From Candidatus Magasanikiibacteriota bacterium (lineage in GTDB: Bacteria > Patescibacteriota > Patescibacteriia > Magasanikbacterales > JACTTX01): a stretch of DNA of 57,551 bases. The notes beneath the pieces were generated by a model. That model searched no databases and had not been told where the DNA came from. It saw nothing but the letters and a program-made list of their open reading frames with translations. The stretch covers positions 1 through 57,551 of the forward strand of contig JACTTX010000006.1 in assembly GCA_015661005.1 (NCBI GenBank). The letters run 5' to 3'. Each line of letters begins with the position of its first letter. The stretch's first letter is position 1. The position numbers were made by a program, and so were the translations under genes. Shown one piece after another: positions 55,003 to 57,551 of the stretch.

Positions 55003-55887
55003 TTAAATAACCAATGTGCGCGCCTGCCAGCCGCCGCGCCAAACGGACAATCGCCGACGAACGAGCGTCTTCAACCACCGCAGTTCAAATTGTGCTCGGG
55101 CGCCGCTCTGCCGACGTAAGCGCAAGAGATTCAATGGCGCTCGCAAAAGATACTTCCCTATTGCCAACCAATCTCGCGGCTCTAAAAAAATCCAATAGCG
55201 CTTCAAACGATAATTTTGATCAATGGAAAAATCGTGACGCTTAAGAAGAGTTGGCCAGACACGAGCGCGAGCAACCCAGCGATCCAGTGTCTCCGGCGTC
55301 CAGCGAAATTCGGCGTGGTAGACGCGGGCCAACGATGCGCTGGCCACGCGGCCTGCACTCCAAACACGCAAAGACAAATCAACATCCTCAAAAGTGTAAA
55401 GCGATTCATCAAAACCATTTAGACGTTCAAAAATTTCCCGGCGGATGGCGAAATTACCGCCCATTGATTTTCGCGCCTCCGGATTGTCAATGATGCATTC
55501 ATCATATTCAACAGACGCGTTTTCCTCTTTGTATATGATGGCGCCAAAAGCGGCCAGAATTTCCGGCGCTTCAAACGGGCGCACCAATCCCGTCAGCCAA
55601 TCCGGCGCGGCCGCACAATCATCGTCAATAAACGCCAAAATTTCTCCGCGGGCAATGGCGACGCCGGAATTCCGGGCCGCCGCCGGTCCGCGATTTTGTT
55701 TATGATGAACGACGCGCAATTCTCCGGCCTTTTCCCGCCCCCGTAAATAATCGGCCGTGCCGTCAGTTGAACCGTCATCAACAACAATCATCTCAAACTC
55801 ACCGGCGCCGCGCTGTAAAAAAACACTGGTCAAACATTTTTCCAAAAGTGCGCGACGCTCAAAAGTCGGAATAATAACGGAAAGCAT
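55003..55887 (-). CDS. Family 2 glycosyltransferase
   Basis: LSVIIPTFERRALLEKCL, IVVDDGSTDGT and FIDDDC (DxD). Confidence 0.8.
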   Translation of the reverse strand: MLSVIIPTFERRALLEKCLTSVFLQRGAGEFEMIVVDDGSTDGTADYLRGREKAGELRVVHHKQNRGPAAARNSGVAIARGEILAFIDDDCAAAPDWLTGLVRPFEAPEILAAFGAIIYKEENASVEYDECIIDNPEARKSMGGNFAIRREIFERLNGFDESLYTFEDVDLSLRVWSAGRVASASLARVYHAEFRWTPETLDRWVARARVWPTLLKRHDFSIDQNYRLKRYWIFLEPRDWLAIGKYLLRAPLNLLRLRRQSGARAQFELRWLKTLVRRRLSVWRGGWQARTLVI

Positions 55888-55900
55888 ACCACATAGAATT

Positions 55901-56968
55901 CTATGTAGAATTAGAACTGTCCCCTTTTAAACCGCGATCCTTGCCATGAAACCGCTGATGCACATCGCGCAAACCCTTATCCGTGATGTGGGTATAAATT
56001 TGCGTGGTGGTGATGGAAGAATGCCCGAGCATTGATTGCACCGAACGAATATCCGCGCCGTTTCTCAATAAGTCCGTGGCAAAAGAATGGCGCATCACGT
56101 GCGGTGTCACTCGTTTGATTATTCCGGCGTGACGCGCATATTTTTCAATCGCCCGCTGAATGGAACGCGGCGTGAGCCCCTCCTCCTTCTCCTTCATGGT
56201 GGCGCGTTTGACGCCGGCCCGATCGTGATTCACAAATAAAAACGGGCTCATATCCTTCCGCGTTTCCAAATATTTTTTCAGCCAATACTTGGCCTGCTCG
56301 GAAAGAAACACCACCCGCCGCTTGCGCCCCTTCCCCAGCACCGTGAACTCATCGCGATTCAAATTCACGTCTTCCTTTTTAAGTCCCGCCAATTCGGAGA
56401 CGCGCAAACCGGTGCTGAAAAGCAGTTCCAAAATTGCTTTGTCACGGAGTTGAACCAAACGCCGCCGGGCGGCAACGGCGGCAATATTTTTTTCCGTAAC
56501 AGCGTCGGAAACTTCCGGCGTCTGCATTGGCGCTTCCAACAATCGCTCCAACTCCGCCGACTCCAAAATATCAATGTGCCGATCCGGCATTTTGGCCAGT
56601 TCAATTTTTTCCGACGCCAAACTTTTTATATCGCGCTTGGCCAAGTATTTCAAAAACGAACGCAGGGCAATCAGATGATAATTTTGCGTAGAGGCGGCCA
56701 GCAATACCCCGGAGCGATCCGTCTGCCGATGCAACCACAAACGAAAATCGCGAACCGCGTCCAACGTAATTTGCGCCGGATCGGCGAGCCGCGCCACGGT
56801 CAAAAACCGCCGCAGATAATAATCGTAATTCCCGCGCGTCAAAACAGAACGATTTTTTTCCACTTCTAAATGATCCAAAAAATCTTTGACCAGCCGCTCA
56901 AGTTTGGTGGCCGTTGGCCGCGCTTTCTGAACCGGCGCTAGTTTTTTAATTTTGATTATTCGCGCCAT
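55901..56968 (-). CDS. Tyrosine recombinase, XerC/XerD-like
   Basis: N-terminal SAM-like domain (FLDHLEVEKNRSVLTRGNYDYYLRRF). The C-terminus has HVMRHSFATDLLRNGADIRSVQSMLGHSSITTTQIYTH. Start taken at M18. Confidence 0.8.
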   Translation of the reverse strand: MARIIKIKKLAPVQKARPTATKLERLVKDFLDHLEVEKNRSVLTRGNYDYYLRRFLTVARLADPAQITLDAVRDFRLWLHRQTDRSGVLLAASTQNYHLIALRSFLKYLAKRDIKSLASEKIELAKMPDRHIDILESAELERLLEAPMQTPEVSDAVTEKNIAAVAARRRLVQLRDKAILELLFSTGLRVSELAGLKKEDVNLNRDEFTVLGKGRKRRVVFLSEQAKYWLKKYLETRKDMSPFLFVNHDRAGVKRATMKEKEEGLTPRSIQRAIEKYARHAGIIKRVTPHVMRHSFATDLLRNGADIRSVQSMLGHSSITTTQIYTHITDKGLRDVHQRFHGKDRGLKGDSSNST

Positions 56969-57082
56969 AATCCAGCTTCTTCTATATTGTACGACACTCG
57001 CGCCAAAAAAGAAATCCACAGCTCAATTTGCGCGCCAAACTCTAAACTGGTATCATATTCACAAAATAACTAACTAAAAATT

Positions 57083-57551
57083 ATGGATGACACAATCGGC
57101 AAGGTTCAAAATAAAGCGGCCACCATCGGTCTCATCGTTGGCGGTGTGCTAATCGTGGCTGTAGCTGTGGTGGCGCTGGTCATGGGTCAGTTTAATAAGA
57201 AAAAGGTGATATCATCCACCTCTCCTGCGGCGCCTGCCACTCTTCAGAATTTTGATGGCGGAGAAAAACTTGGATATATTGTCGGCCATCCTTTAGATTG
57301 GGAAGTTCAACAGCCCAATGACAGCGCCGTGATCATGGGAAAATACAGTGGAGATGATTACACCACTTTGGCCATTCAAAACATCAACACAACAGACAAC
57401 GGCGGAAGTTTTGCCACGCTGGATGAACTTGTGCAGGAGTATCAAAGCCAAATTAGGGCGGCTGATCCCAAAGCCACCTTTTCTGACGTCAATGATTTTC
57501 CCAGTTTGAAAAACCAATACGGCGTTGATCTTCAGGCCAAAATTTATGATG
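57083..57551 (+). CDS. Membrane-anchored hypothetical protein (partial, runs off the window)
   Basis: The frame is open from the ATG at 57083 to the window end (read manually, no stops). One TM segment (IGLIVGGVLIVAVAVVALVMG). It is absent from the ORF track because no stop lies in the window. Confidence 0.5.
   Translation, partial: MDDTIGKVQNKAATIGLIVGGVLIVAVAVVALVMGQFNKKKVISSTSPAAPATLQNFDGGEKLGYIVGHPLDWEVQQPNDSAVIMGKYSGDDYTTLAIQNINTTDNGGSFATLDELVQEYQSQIRAADPKATFSDVNDFPSLKNQYGVDLQAKIYD

Overview
This window looks like a chromosomal segment from a small-genome CPR/Patescibacteria-like bacterium using the standard genetic code. That placement is an inference from content, not a database hit.

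Content, in order:
- Minus-strand sugar and nucleotide-sugar genes at 0.2-8.3 kb: GlmU-like nucleotidyltransferase, TrmB regulator, YvcK, HAD, two ROK kinases and a PfkB kinase. A high-GC HAD-IIB gene sits among them.
- A 5S-23S rRNA unit at 8.4-14.5 kb with no 16S upstream. The 23S is broken by five group I introns. One intron carries an intact LAGLIDADG ORF and one carries a frameshifted copy.
- A reverse-transcriptase fragment next to a HEPN/MNT pair, then ileS, then an HTH-GHKL ATPase with a DUF4325-like partner.
- A pentose-phosphate/glycolysis block: rpiB, rpe, trxB, split transketolase, PfkB, class II aldolase.
- Envelope genes: two O-antigen-ligase-like proteins, a flippase and SpoIID. 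ruvB lies among them.
- tRNA-Ser followed by an HTH/Doc module with a frameshifted Doc gene, then galU and a sugar-binding lipoprotein.
- A tandem array of six TrbC/VirB2-like pilin paralogues, one of them decayed.
- PGI/PMI, tRNA-His, an AI-2E permease and a 1050-aa repeat-rich secreted protein.
- An atypical tRNA-like gene and tRNA-Arg.
- A high-GC unit at 52.43-54.93 kb encoding an IS110/Piv-like protein, then GT2, a Xer-type recombinase and a partial membrane-anchored ORF.

Most unusual signals:
1. The IS110-like gene is embedded in one promoter-to-terminator unit. Its 5' leader and 3' UTR carry seven paralogous stem-loop modules with covarying stems and conserved loops. This may be a guide/bridge-RNA-like or recombination-site system.
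2. Two copies of a 71-bp GC-rich palindrome are inserted in frame, in opposite orientations, inside ileS. They differ by compensatory substitutions.
3. A family of nested palindromic REP/MITE-like elements has a conserved core. The apex of that core is found in both orientations relative to identical flanks.
4. A tRNA-like gene combines alanine identity elements with a CGA anticodon and a non-canonical D-loop/T-loop elbow.

All homology calls were made by eye from motifs. No searches were run.
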